Assembly (NCBI GenBank): GCA_913040915.1
Contig: CAJWHW010000003.1
Span: 1-64,000, forward strand
DNA from: an uncultured Fidelibacterota bacterium
Lineage (GTDB): Bacteria; Fidelibacterota; Marinisomatia; Marinisomatales; UBA1611
Direction: 5' to 3'
DNA: 64,000 nt
The translations under genes were made by a program, and so were the position numbers. Positions 1-10,096 of the stretch are shown in pieces (within the stretch, counting starts at the first letter, position 1; the number at the start of each line of letters is the position of its first letter). The notes under the pieces are model-generated. The model had not been told where the DNA came from. It did not search any database and saw only the letters and a program-made list of their open reading frames with translations.

Positions 1-574
1 TATTGGTGTAGCAAAAAGACTCAATCAAGAAATACCAAATTCACATATTTTAGATCAATATTCAAATCCATCGAATCCTAATGCACATTATGAAGGAACA
101 GCCCAGGAAATATTGGATGATTTTGGAACTGATTTAAATATGATTGTAATTGGTGTAGGTACTGGCGGTACAATAACAGGTGTAGCTAAACGACTTAAGG
201 AAGAAATCCCTGGAATCAAAGTTATCGGCGCAGACCCTGTGGGTTCCATTCTTGGAGGCGGTACTGAAATATCTCCTTATTTGGTAGAAGGTATTGGCTA
301 TGATTTTTTCCCGGATGTCTTAGATAATTCGCTCGTTGATGAATATGTGAAAACCAAAGATGAAGAATCCTTTCTAATGGCAAGACGACTCATCAAAGAA
401 GAAGGATTGTTATGTGGTGGGTCATCTGGTACTGCCATGATTGCAGCACTGAAAACTGCAACACAACTAAAACAGGGACAGAATTGTCTTGTATTGCTAC
501 CGGATGGCATCCGGAATTATATGACTAAATTTCCAAATGATGATTGGATGAGAGAACAAGGGTTTTCATTCTGA
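1..574 (+). CDS. Cystathionine beta-synthase / cysteine synthase family PLP enzyme, 3' part (5' truncated by window)
   Basis: GTGGT motif, EGIGYDF, GLLCGGSSG, LPDGIRNYMTKF (CBS-like); the frame runs back to the window start (...LDQYSNPSNPNAHYEGTAQEI). Confidence 0.85.
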   Translation, partial: IGVAKRLNQEIPNSHILDQYSNPSNPNAHYEGTAQEILDDFGTDLNMIVIGVGTGGTITGVAKRLKEEIPGIKVIGADPVGSILGGGTEISPYLVEGIGYDFFPDVLDNSLVDEYVKTKDEESFLMARRLIKEEGLLCGGSSGTAMIAALKTATQLKQGQNCLVLLPDGIRNYMTKFPNDDWMREQGFSF

Positions 575-576
575 AT

Positions 577-2439
577 ATGAGCATTAAAAGATTATTAATC
601 GCACTATCTACTCTGATACTTTTTGGTTGGGTTTTTTCTGTAACATATTTATCTATATCCAATCCTGAAGTAGAGTGGGACTGGGATACAATAGATACTG
701 AAGATATTCATTTTCCCAGTACATTTGCCTGGGGTACAGCGACTGCTGCACATCAAGTGGAAGGGTATAACGATAATAATAATTGGTACATATGGGAGAA
801 TTCCTTTGATGAAAACAACAATAGCAGAATACATAATGGAGATAAATCAGGGATAGCAGCTGATCATTGGAATCAATACAATACTGATATTGGCCTCATG
901 AAAGAATTAGGAGTTAATCATTACCGATTCTCTATTTCATGGTCCAAAATCGAACCTAAAAAAGGAAAAATTGATTATAATGTAATACAGCATTATAAAA
1001 ATCTTTGTAATGCACTGATAAAATCTGAAATAACACCAGTTATTACTCTACATCATTTTACACACCCTATCTGGTTTGAAAAGTTGGGCGCATTTGAGAA
1101 AAAAGAAAATATCAAACATATCCTGGAATTCTCCGAACTAATATTTAATGAATTACACTCCCTAGTACCCATATGGTGCACAATCAATGAACCATCTGTG
1201 TATGTCTCACAGGGTTATTTTAATGGAGTATTTCCACCTGGGAAAAAAGACCCTGCACTTGCAGGAATTGTTCTTGAGAATATGCTGAATGCTCACATTC
1301 AAATTTATAATAAGCTTAAAAGTTTGCCTGGTGGAACTAAAGTAGAAATTGGATTGGTAAAAAATATATTTCAATTCGAACCTTTGAGAAGATGGCACAT
1401 CCTAGATTGGGTATTTAGTTTTGTTTTAAATGATGTTTTCACAAACTCAACCTTACAGTTTTTTCAAACTGGACAATCAATATTTTATATGCCGGGAATG
1501 GTAAAAAATGAACTCAAGAATCCTGATGCAATTGGATCATTTGATTTTATCGGATTAAACTATTATTCAAGGTTTCACGTTAAGGGCCAATTAAATCCGA
1601 ATGAACCGTTTATATTTGAAAGAAGACCAAAAGATATTCAAACGGATATGGATTATGCATTGTACCCTGAGGGATTTTATAGTGCATTACATACCATCAG
1701 CAGCTTGAAAGTTCCTATTTATGTTACAGAAAATGGATTAGCAGATAGAAATGATAATATTCGCCCCATCTTTATCAAAAGATATCTGTATGCAATGAAT
1801 CTTGCATTAAAAGATAGGTTAGATATCAGAGGATACTTTTATTGGAGTTTAATGGATAATTTCGAATGGGCTGAAGGATATGATATGAAATTTGGGTTAT
1901 ATGAAGTGGATTTTGAAACCCAAGAGCGTCAACTTCGAGCAGGTAGTAAACCATTTATTGAAATGGTAAAAAAACGTGGCTCAGATGAGAGAGGTTTTAT
2001 TGTCAATATCGGTGAGCAAGCACCTGATTTTGAAATGGAATATACTAACGGAAAAAAAGTTAGACTATCAGACTTGAAAGGAAACTTAGTTATTCTTCAA
2101 TTCACAGCAAGCTGGTGTTCTGTTTGCCGCCAGGAGATGCCCCACCTTGAAAAGGATATCCAGCAAAAATATAAAGGTGAGAATGTGGTTTTAATTGGTA
2201 TTGATCGTGATGAGCCACTTGAAACAGTCATCAACTTCAAAAAGGAAATGAAAGTTACTTATCCCCTTGCGCTAGATCCAAATGCAGATATTTTTGGAAT
2301 GTTTGCAGATAAAAATAGCGGTGTGACCAGAAATATTGTTATTGATCAGAAAGGTAAAATCGTTTTTCTAACTAGATTATTTGAAGAGAAAGAATATAAT
2401 AATATGTTAAAAATAATTGAAGAATTGATTTCTTCTTAA
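577..2439 (+). CDS. Glycoside hydrolase family 1 (beta-glucosidase-like) with N-terminal TM/signal anchor, fused to a C-terminal TlpA/AhpC-TSA thioredoxin-like domain
   Basis: FPSTFAWGTATAAHQVEG, YRFSISW, catalytic TINEP and YVTENG, WSLMDNFEWAEG; C-terminal GEQAPDF...FTASWCSVCRQEMP; ATG at 577 preferred over ORF-track start 544. Confidence 0.85.
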   Translation: MSIKRLLIALSTLILFGWVFSVTYLSISNPEVEWDWDTIDTEDIHFPSTFAWGTATAAHQVEGYNDNNNWYIWENSFDENNNSRIHNGDKSGIAADHWNQYNTDIGLMKELGVNHYRFSISWSKIEPKKGKIDYNVIQHYKNLCNALIKSEITPVITLHHFTHPIWFEKLGAFEKKENIKHILEFSELIFNELHSLVPIWCTINEPSVYVSQGYFNGVFPPGKKDPALAGIVLENMLNAHIQIYNKLKSLPGGTKVEIGLVKNIFQFEPLRRWHILDWVFSFVLNDVFTNSTLQFFQTGQSIFYMPGMVKNELKNPDAIGSFDFIGLNYYSRFHVKGQLNPNEPFIFERRPKDIQTDMDYALYPEGFYSALHTISSLKVPIYVTENGLADRNDNIRPIFIKRYLYAMNLALKDRLDIRGYFYWSLMDNFEWAEGYDMKFGLYEVDFETQERQLRAGSKPFIEMVKKRGSDERGFIVNIGEQAPDFEMEYTNGKKVRLSDLKGNLVILQFTASWCSVCRQEMPHLEKDIQQKYKGENVVLIGIDRDEPLETVINFKKEMKVTYPLALDPNADIFGMFADKNSGVTRNIVIDQKGKIVFLTRLFEEKEYNNMLKIIEELISS

Positions 2440-2445
2440 AATATA

Positions 2446-3156
2446 TTATTTCACTAAAACCAATTTCTGAACATATCGATTTTTTCCGGAAAGTAATTCT
2501 ACGAAATATACTCCACTGGTATGATTAGATGCATTCCATTGGAGTTCATGGAAACCTGCTTCCACTAGTCCATCTACTAATATGTCAACCGAATGACCGG
2601 TAATATCATATATCTTTAAAGACAGTAATTTGGCTGTAACTGAAAACGGGATATTAAAACGAATGCTGGTGATTGGATTAAATGGATTTGGATAAGATGG
2701 TAATAGTGAAATTCTGTTAATCAAATGAACTTCTTCAGACAAGCCAACATTTCCAACATAAAAGTTTACATCTACAATTTGGTGTACATTGGATTCTAAA
2801 TCAAAAATATCTAATTGTACAGTTCCCTGTCCAGCACCATTAATCCATGCTAAAAGACCGCAAGCAATTGAATCTTCAGCACTCATATCAATACTTACGC
2901 TATCTATAGATTCAAAATAACAAATAGTACCAAGACAAATTGAAGATGTCCAGTTATTTGGTAATGAATTGATCCTCCGAACTACGGCTAGACTAATAGG
3001 GCTAGATGATAGATTATAAATTGTTCCATAAAAGGATCCAACTGAATCTTCCCCAACATATATTTCTGAACTGCTAAAATTAAATTCGAAGGATGGATCA
3101 CGATTTCCATCTGCGGAAAGAATTGATAATCCTAATATCAAAAATAGGCACTGCAT
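2446..3156 (-). CDS. Secreted protein with C-terminal T9SS-type/FlgD-like sorting domain
   Basis: Signal peptide from MQCLFLILGL; C-terminal YPNPFNPITSIRF...IYDITG...SGVYFVEL...KLVLVK. Confidence 0.75.
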   Translation of the reverse strand: MQCLFLILGLSILSADGNRDPSFEFNFSSSEIYVGEDSVGSFYGTIYNLSSSPISLAVVRRINSLPNNWTSSICLGTICYFESIDSVSIDMSAEDSIACGLLAWINGAGQGTVQLDIFDLESNVHQIVDVNFYVGNVGLSEEVHLINRISLLPSYPNPFNPITSIRFNIPFSVTAKLLSLKIYDITGHSVDILVDGLVEAGFHELQWNASNHTSGVYFVELLSGKNRYVQKLVLVK

Positions 3157-3163
3157 CGTGGGT

Positions 3164-4708
3164 TTATTCCCAACTTGCAGATCCATAGCCAACCATAATA
3201 GCTCCACCTTCGATCTGCTTCATATCATGGTTAATTCCGGAAACCATTCCATTATTGAAATACTTTTCAAAACCATTTGGACCAGCTGCATTCCATTCAA
3301 CGTCAAATTCAGAGTCTAATTTGGTCACTGCATATCCAGAAACCATGAAATAGCCACCATCTTCTGTCTTATGGATCCATCCCTTTCCTCCACCAACATA
3401 ATCATTATATTTTTTTCTCCATAATTCACTACCTTGAGCATCTGTTTTAACTAATGTTGCATAGGGGGGTGGTTGAGAATATCCAAATAATAAAAAACCA
3501 TTATCTTCTGTTTGAATTAAATCAAGTGGCTCCCACAGACTGGGATCATCGTACACTTGCGACCAAAGGGAATCACCATTTTCATCAACTTTTACAAGAG
3601 TAGCATAGTCATCGGAACCACCCGTTCCAAGCACAGCAAAACCATCGTCGCTTTTAATAATCTTTCTACAATATTTGCAGGGTAAATCATTCTCTTCCAA
3701 AATTTCACCTGAGTCATATGCAAGAATAGCAATAAGGCCAGATGGCCAACTGTAAGCGGCTAAAGCCAAATCTCCATCATCTGTTTCTAATATTTCTACC
3801 TGACCAGAGCTATAGTTTAAGTCTTCAGTAAAATATGTTCTTGTCCAGATTATTTCACCTTCAGAATCCATCATAACAATCATTAGTTTATTATTCCCAG
3901 GTGCCCCAACCGTCAAAAACACCAAATCTCTGTTAGATGTCTCGATTAGTGACGTACCAATACCAAGGAGATGATCTGAATAACCAGAATTGGAAATATC
4001 TATTTCTTTATGCCACTCAATAGTTCCATTATTATCAAGTTTAATAATATCTCTATGATTATGGTCATCCGTATAGCAACATCCACTGGACTCATCACTA
4101 TGAAATTTTCCCAGAACCATGTATCCCCCACTATGCATAGGAGTAACAGATGATGCTAAATCCCAAATCCCACCATGAATATAATTTTTCCATATTAAAT
4201 CACCATCATCACTTACTGCATATACCATCATGTCTGCCGCATCCTTAGTGTATTCATATTCTTTGTCACATAGCGGTGTGAATGAATAAATAGCATCTTT
4301 TATTTTATCCCAGGTATATGTTTCATATCCTGTGATTCCATCAAAGGACACTGTAATTACGGTATCTCCTGTGATAAATAATTCACCATTGGTAATATTA
4401 CTTTCCTCATCAGTGATGATCAAAAATGTATCTGATGTAACTTCTGTTAGTGCATAGGTGTCCTTTGAGTAGCACTTAACTGTATCATCACAATTATCAC
4501 CAAGAAAATCAAAAAATGTTATACCAATTTCATCCATTATTGCATATTGGATATCAGATCTGCTACAGTCCTCATCATTGTAAAGATAGGTCCCATAGTA
4601 GTTTGGGACATCAATTATTGGTAAATCTGATTGCGGATCTGCAACATCATCTGAACAAGTGGTGAAAAAGATAAGAAAAGATAAAACTAAGTAAAATATT
4701 TTCTTCAT
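3164..4708 (-). CDS. Acidic Cys-rich lipoprotein with beta-propeller-like repeats (paralogue of 4786-6333)
   Basis: Lipobox-like FTTC; repeats of the form K(L/T)DxxGxxxWxK and DGG(Y/F). Confidence 0.7.
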   Translation of the reverse strand: MKKIFYLVLSFLIFFTTCSDDVADPQSDLPIIDVPNYYGTYLYNDEDCSRSDIQYAIMDEIGITFFDFLGDNCDDTVKCYSKDTYALTEVTSDTFLIITDEESNITNGELFITGDTVITVSFDGITGYETYTWDKIKDAIYSFTPLCDKEYEYTKDAADMMVYAVSDDGDLIWKNYIHGGIWDLASSVTPMHSGGYMVLGKFHSDESSGCCYTDDHNHRDIIKLDNNGTIEWHKEIDISNSGYSDHLLGIGTSLIETSNRDLVFLTVGAPGNNKLMIVMMDSEGEIIWTRTYFTEDLNYSSGQVEILETDDGDLALAAYSWPSGLIAILAYDSGEILEENDLPCKYCRKIIKSDDGFAVLGTGGSDDYATLVKVDENGDSLWSQVYDDPSLWEPLDLIQTEDNGFLLFGYSQPPPYATLVKTDAQGSELWRKKYNDYVGGGKGWIHKTEDGGYFMVSGYAVTKLDSEFDVEWNAAGPNGFEKYFNNGMVSGINHDMKQIEGGAIMVGYGSASWE

Positions 4709-4785
4709 ATGTCTAGTATATTGCTTCTAGGTATTTAAATAATTTATTTTCAAATAAATAGATTTATGAAATATAAATAACTATT

Positions 4786-6333
4786 TCATTCCCAACTTGC
4801 CGATCCATAGCCACACATAACTGCTCCACCATCGATCTTTTTCATATCATAGTTTATACCTGAAACCATGTCATTATTGAAAAATTTATCAAATCCTGTT
4901 GGTGCAGCTGCATTCCATTCAACATCTCCATTAATATTTAATTTTGTAACTGCATATCCTGAAGCCATAAAGTAACCTCCATCATCTGTTTTATGGATCC
5001 ATCCCTGGCTCCCTCCAATATAATCTGCATATTTCTTTCGCCATTCTTCATTTCCTTCTTCATCTGTTTTAATTAGGGTTGCATAAGGGTGAGGGTCTGA
5101 ATAACAAAAAAGTAAATATCCATCATCTGCTGTGTGAATTAAATCTAAAGCTTTTCTGGGTTTGGTTGTATCATCAGACCAAATTTTTCGCCACATCTCT
5201 TCTCCATCATCTGAAATTTTCAACAGAAATATAGGCTCATTTTCTTCATCAGCTCTTCCAATCATGGCAAAATCTCCATCTACATTGACAATTGCTCTCG
5301 GATAGTTTAATCCTTCATATTCTACTTCTTCCAAAATCTCACCAGAATCATAATCCAATAAAGAGAATCTAGCAGTACCTCCTGTTACCAATGCTAGATC
5401 ACCATCTTCTGTCTCAATGATTTCCATATTATAATTCCAAGATGAATATGAAAGATAATTAGTACTCCATTTTAATACTCCATCTGCATCCATCATAATC
5501 ACATTAACGCCTCCTGAGCCACCTGGTGTTAAAAAGACCAAATCTCCGTAGGAAGTTTGTATTAAGGATTTTCCAATTTTTTTATACCAACTTGCTTCAC
5601 CATTATTTGAAAATTCAATTTCTTTTTTCCATACAATTTTTCCTTCAGCATCTAATTTAATGATATCCCTTTGATCACCATTGAGTGTGTAGCAACACCC
5701 CCCCCACTCTATTCCTTCAAAAACACCCAATATCATATAACCCCCATCATTAAGAGGTGTTACTGATGAGCCCAGATCCCAAATACCACCATGTATATAA
5801 TTCTTCCATAATAAGTCACCATCAGTGTTAACAGCATACACCAACATATCTGCCACATCCTTGGTAGCTTCATATTCTTTATCACATATTGGGTCGAAAG
5901 GGTAAATCTCATCTTTAATTTTATTCCAATAGTATTCTACAATACCATTGTTCCCAGTATAAGATAATTTTATAGAACTATCTGCACTTATAAATATCTC
6001 GCCATTTGAAATATTACTTCCGTCTTTTGATTCTAAAAAAAATGTATCAGTTGAAACTTCAGTTAATTCATATGTTTCTTGAGCATAACAACTTACAGTA
6101 TCATCGCAGCCATCTCCCAGAAAATCAAAAAAAGTTATACCATTTTGGTCTATTGTTGCGTATTGAATATCAGCACCACTGCAATCATCATCATCATAAA
6201 GATAGGTTCCAAAGTAATTTGGAATATTAATCTCAGGAATATTAGTTATTGGATTAGCTTTGTCTTTAGAACAAGATGTTAAAAAATATAGGATGAGAAG
6301 AATGAAAATAATATTTTTCTTCATAGGATTCAA
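4786..6333 (-). CDS. Acidic Cys-rich lipoprotein with beta-propeller-like repeats (paralogue of 3164-4708)
   Basis: Lipobox LTSC; same repeats; identical C-terminus GYGSASWE. Confidence 0.7.
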   Translation of the reverse strand: MNPMKKNIIFILLILYFLTSCSKDKANPITNIPEINIPNYFGTYLYDDDDCSGADIQYATIDQNGITFFDFLGDGCDDTVSCYAQETYELTEVSTDTFFLESKDGSNISNGEIFISADSSIKLSYTGNNGIVEYYWNKIKDEIYPFDPICDKEYEATKDVADMLVYAVNTDGDLLWKNYIHGGIWDLGSSVTPLNDGGYMILGVFEGIEWGGCCYTLNGDQRDIIKLDAEGKIVWKKEIEFSNNGEASWYKKIGKSLIQTSYGDLVFLTPGGSGGVNVIMMDADGVLKWSTNYLSYSSWNYNMEIIETEDGDLALVTGGTARFSLLDYDSGEILEEVEYEGLNYPRAIVNVDGDFAMIGRADEENEPIFLLKISDDGEEMWRKIWSDDTTKPRKALDLIHTADDGYLLFCYSDPHPYATLIKTDEEGNEEWRKKYADYIGGSQGWIHKTDDGGYFMASGYAVTKLNINGDVEWNAAAPTGFDKFFNNDMVSGINYDMKKIDGGAVMCGYGSASWE

Positions 6334-6396
6334 TTGATTGTGTTAGTTTGGAGTGTGCAAAATTTAATCCAAAGAAAGTTTTAATGGTAAAATATC

Positions 6397-7287
6397 ATGG
6401 ATCCAAATAATATTAGAAGTAAATCAATACTTATTATGCTTTTGACCCTCTTTTCATGTACAGATAAAGAAGATGTTAAGGAGGATGATACCTATTATTC
6501 AGAATGGACTGTTATTGGTGATGGCCTTAGTACAAATGTAACAAAGAATGTTCTTACTGAATTCGTCGGCTCCACAAAGTGTCCTTATTGTCCTGCATCC
6601 GATAGTCTTTTATTAAGCTATTTTAACACAGTCCATGAAAACTATGTTGGTTCAAACATTGCCAGTAATTGGTTTTTAATCAATTATCATACCTATTCTC
6701 CTTCTAGAGGTGACCCAATGTATGAATTTCTCCGTGGAGAATCAGAAACAGGAGATGATGATTTCTGTTATGTTCGGTTTGAAGAAGGAGGTTGGTACAC
6801 TATTTCCGGTGTCCCCATCACCTTTACAAATGGTTTTTATAGTTCAATTTCCGCAGAGATGGCCATACCTTATATGTCCGAGAGCACACCGATCCAGATG
6901 AGTCTAGAAGGTACTACATTTGACAGTCTAACAATCACGATAGAGTTGTATCTTAATAGCAGTAAAGATCTTTCTAATAGTGATTCCCTACGTTTATTTA
7001 TCGCTGCGAAAATCGATGATGTAGATTATGAGGGATATAATGGTGAACCTCATCATCAAGATGTATTCCTGGGTTGGATTAATGATGGATTAAGTGGTGA
7101 ATCATTATCCTTAAAAAATGAAGAAGTAGTACGGAATTACACTTGGGAAATGCCCGGGAATTGGCCCCAAAATAATTATGAAACTAGTTGGTGGAAAGTT
7201 GAGTGGGATGTTGCAAATCTTGCAGTTGTCGCCTTCATACAGAATAAGTATACAAAAGAAATATTACAAGTAATTGGAACGGATTAA
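6397..7287 (+). CDS. Omp28-like lipoprotein (thioredoxin-like CxxC plus Ig-like domain)
   Basis: Lipobox LFSC; VLTEFVGSTKCPYCP; YH...GDP; GVP; C-terminal LAVVAFIQNKYTKEILQV. Confidence 0.65.
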   Translation: MDPNNIRSKSILIMLLTLFSCTDKEDVKEDDTYYSEWTVIGDGLSTNVTKNVLTEFVGSTKCPYCPASDSLLLSYFNTVHENYVGSNIASNWFLINYHTYSPSRGDPMYEFLRGESETGDDDFCYVRFEEGGWYTISGVPITFTNGFYSSISAEMAIPYMSESTPIQMSLEGTTFDSLTITIELYLNSSKDLSNSDSLRLFIAAKIDDVDYEGYNGEPHHQDVFLGWINDGLSGESLSLKNEEVVRNYTWEMPGNWPQNNYETSWWKVEWDVANLAVVAFIQNKYTKEILQVIGTD

Positions 7288-7294
7288 GGTTACA

Positions 7295-8590
7295 CTAGTC
7301 TTTTTCTATTGAGCCAATCAATTCATATTCATTCGCACTTTCAATTTTCACATTAATGAAATTCCCTGGAAGTGAATTCCCTTTTATATGGACTATATTA
7401 TCTATTTCAGGTGAATCATATTCCGTTCTCCCAACACTTATATGTTCACCTTCTTCGTCAACAATAACTTGTAATCTTTTCCCAATAAAAGATTCATTTC
7501 GTTCAAGACTAATATCATGTTGAATTTCTTGGATTATATTTTTACGATCGTCTTTCAACTGCCTAGGTACATTATCATTCAGATCAGCAGCCAGGGTCCC
7601 TTCTTCTTCTGAATATGTAAAAATTCCTAAACGGTCAAATCGAATTTCTTCAATAAATTGTCTAAGTGAATTAAAATCATCTTCTGTTTCATCAGGATAT
7701 CCAACAATTAAAGTTGTACGTAAAGCAATATTTGGAATAGCATTCCTTAGTCTCTCAATTCGATTTCTAATACCATCCTGGTTTAATCCTCGACGCATGG
7801 ATTTAAGCATAGAATCCGCAGCATGTTGAATTGGCATATCCAAATAATTACACACTTTGTCACAATTTGCAATCGCATTAATAATTCGTTGGGATAAATG
7901 AGCCGGATGTGCATAGTGTACACGAATCCACTCTAAAGCTTTTATAGTATTCAATTCTTCGAGTAAATCACTTAAATATACTTTTTTTTCTAAATCCCAA
8001 CCATAAGATGTAGAATCCTGAGCAATGACTAATAATTCTTTTGTACCATTGGAAACTAAGCGCTCTGCTTCTTCCATAATTGCAGGGATTGTTCGACTTT
8101 TTTGAAGTCCTCGCATTAATGGTATACTACAAAATGAACAGCCGTTGTCACATCCTTCTGCAATTTTCAAATAGGCATAATGACTTGGTGTCATTAAGGA
8201 TCTAAAAAATAGTGGATCATCCTTTGCATAGTCCTTACCAGTCAAAAAAGACACAATTTGCCTGTGATCATTACTTCCAAAAATTCGATCAACTTCTGGA
8301 ATTTCTTTTTTCAAATCTTCAGGATATCGTTCAGACAAACATCCCATGACAACCAATTCTTTTAAATTACCAGATTTTTTGAGTTCAGCTGCTTGAAGAA
8401 TAGAATCCACAGATTCTTCTCTTGCTATATCAAGAAAACCACATGTATTAACCACAATTGTATCTGCTTTTTCTGGTTGGTCAATTAATTCAACATTTGT
8501 TTTTTGCAAACCACCTAAAAGTATTTCAGAATCAACTAAATTTTTGGCACAACCTAGGCTAATAAGATTTAAAAGTTTCTTTTCATTCAT
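7295..8590 (-). CDS. rimO: Ribosomal protein S12 methylthiotransferase RimO
   Basis: SLGCAKNLVDSE, NTCGFL, YLKIAEGCDNGCSFCSIP (radical SAM), TRAM domain with GRTEYDSPEID. Confidence 0.95.
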   Translation of the reverse strand: MNEKKLLNLISLGCAKNLVDSEILLGGLQKTNVELIDQPEKADTIVVNTCGFLDIAREESVDSILQAAELKKSGNLKELVVMGCLSERYPEDLKKEIPEVDRIFGSNDHRQIVSFLTGKDYAKDDPLFFRSLMTPSHYAYLKIAEGCDNGCSFCSIPLMRGLQKSRTIPAIMEEAERLVSNGTKELLVIAQDSTSYGWDLEKKVYLSDLLEELNTIKALEWIRVHYAHPAHLSQRIINAIANCDKVCNYLDMPIQHAADSMLKSMRRGLNQDGIRNRIERLRNAIPNIALRTTLIVGYPDETEDDFNSLRQFIEEIRFDRLGIFTYSEEEGTLAADLNDNVPRQLKDDRKNIIQEIQHDISLERNESFIGKRLQVIVDEEGEHISVGRTEYDSPEIDNIVHIKGNSLPGNFINVKIESANEYELIGSIEKD

Positions 8591-8622
8591 AAGTTATATC
8601 AAAAATTACAGGTAGAATTTGA

Positions 8623-9513
8623 TTAATCTTTACTTTCATTTAAACCAAACAATCCATCAATGTAGGCTTCTGGATTAAACAATTCTAAGTCAGTTAAATC
8701 TTCACCTGTGCCAATAAAATGGACTGGGATTCCTAATTCCTGAAAAAGTGGAAATATAATTCCACCCCGTGCAGTTCCGTCAAGTTTTGTCATTATTGCC
8801 CCATTCAATTGAACATGTTTTCCAAATTCCTTCGCTTGGATCAAAGAATTTTGCCCTAAACTCGCATCCATGGTAATAAGAGACATTGAATCAAATTCAG
8901 AAAATCTATTGGTAATAACACGATATATTTTCTCTAATTCAGACATCAGATTTGCATAAGTATGTAGGCGCCCAGCAGTATCTACTATGACTAAATCACT
9001 ATTTACTGCTTTAGCAGATGTGATACCATCAAATAAAACTGCAGTAGGTTCTGTTGTATGCTCATTACATACTAAATTACATCCTACCCTGTTACTCCAA
9101 ATCTTTAACTGTTCAACCGCTGCTGCTCTATATGTGTCAGCTGCTACCATCGTAACTTTTTGTCCTAAATTTTTATATAATTGAGCCAACTTGGCTGACG
9201 TAGTTGTCTTACCAGTTCCATTAACACCGATAATTATTAAAATTGTAGGCTTTTGAAATGGCCTTGCTTGATATTCGTGAGGAAGCAAAGAAATCAAATG
9301 GTCTTTTACTTTTCCAATAAAATCTGATGTTGAATGATTTTCCACAACAGTCAAAATTGATTCAACAGTTTTATAACCTAAGTCAGCACTTAACAATTGT
9401 TCTTCTAATTCTTCTAGTGATTCTCTCGTAATTTTCTTTTGGATTAAAGAATTAAATGCATTAGCAATATTTGATCGGGAATTTGTAAGTGCTTTATATA
9501 GTTTACTTAACAT
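8623..9513 (-). CDS. ftsY: Signal recognition particle receptor FtsY (NG domains only)
   Basis: GVNGTGKTT, DTYRAAA, DTAGR, TKLDGTARGG. Confidence 0.95.
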   Translation of the reverse strand: MLSKLYKALTNSRSNIANAFNSLIQKKITRESLEELEEQLLSADLGYKTVESILTVVENHSTSDFIGKVKDHLISLLPHEYQARPFQKPTILIIIGVNGTGKTTTSAKLAQLYKNLGQKVTMVAADTYRAAAVEQLKIWSNRVGCNLVCNEHTTEPTAVLFDGITSAKAVNSDLVIVDTAGRLHTYANLMSELEKIYRVITNRFSEFDSMSLITMDASLGQNSLIQAKEFGKHVQLNGAIMTKLDGTARGGIIFPLFQELGIPVHFIGTGEDLTDLELFNPEAYIDGLFGLNESKD

Positions 9514-10096
9514 GATTTCTCCGAATAGCTATATAAAATTGGTTTAAATATTGAATACTGCTGATTGCTAATAGCCCAGTGGCAATATAAATAGAAAGCA
9601 TCTTTAACCATGGTAAAGCTTGAAAATCAAAGATATGGAGAAATACACCCAAAACTGTAATACCGGTCGCCCATTTCCCCCACCAGTTCGATTGAAGAAT
9701 CATGTAACCATAATTCATACAATACAATGATAAACCAGCGATAATAGTATGTCTTGCTAAATAAAATGCAAAAAACCAAAAAGGAAATTCACCATTCAAC
9801 ACCAGGTACAGCACAATTGCAATTATGACAACAAAATCAGCAATTGGATCTAACCATTTTCCAAAATGTGTAACTTCATGTGCACGACGAGCAAAATAGC
9901 CATCTAAAGCATCAGATAAAACAGCCAACATAATTAAGGTTGCCGTCAACCATTCAAAACCTGGAAATGCCATACTGTAAATGATTGGTATTGCAGAAAG
10001 CGCACGTAACATACTGATAAAGTTGGCAAGAGTCAGTACCCTTGTTGGGTCACCAATAATTCGGTCTTTAAGTTTTAGCTTTTTGTCTTTGTTCAC
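9503..10096 (-). CDS. CDP-alcohol phosphatidyltransferase (PgsA-like)
   Basis: ANFISMLR; signature DALDGYFARR...GKWLDPIAD. Confidence 0.85.
   Translation of the reverse strand: MNKDKKLKLKDRIIGDPTRVLTLANFISMLRALSAIPIIYSMAFPGFEWLTATLIMLAVLSDALDGYFARRAHEVTHFGKWLDPIADFVVIIAIVLYLVLNGEFPFWFFAFYLARHTIIAGLSLYCMNYGYMILQSNWWGKWATGITVLGVFLHIFDFQALPWLKMLSIYIATGLLAISSIQYLNQFYIAIRRNHVK

Noticed and set aside
4709..4785. AT-rich inverted repeat between the paralogous lipoprotein genes as a terminator or mobile-element end
   Set aside because: The stem is A/T only in a very AT-rich spacer and is expected by chance
9503..10096. PgsA-like gene as the missing pgsA/capA of the polyglutamate system
   Set aside because: Name collision only: it is a CDP-alcohol phosphatidyltransferase, unrelated to CapA/PgsA of PGA synthesis
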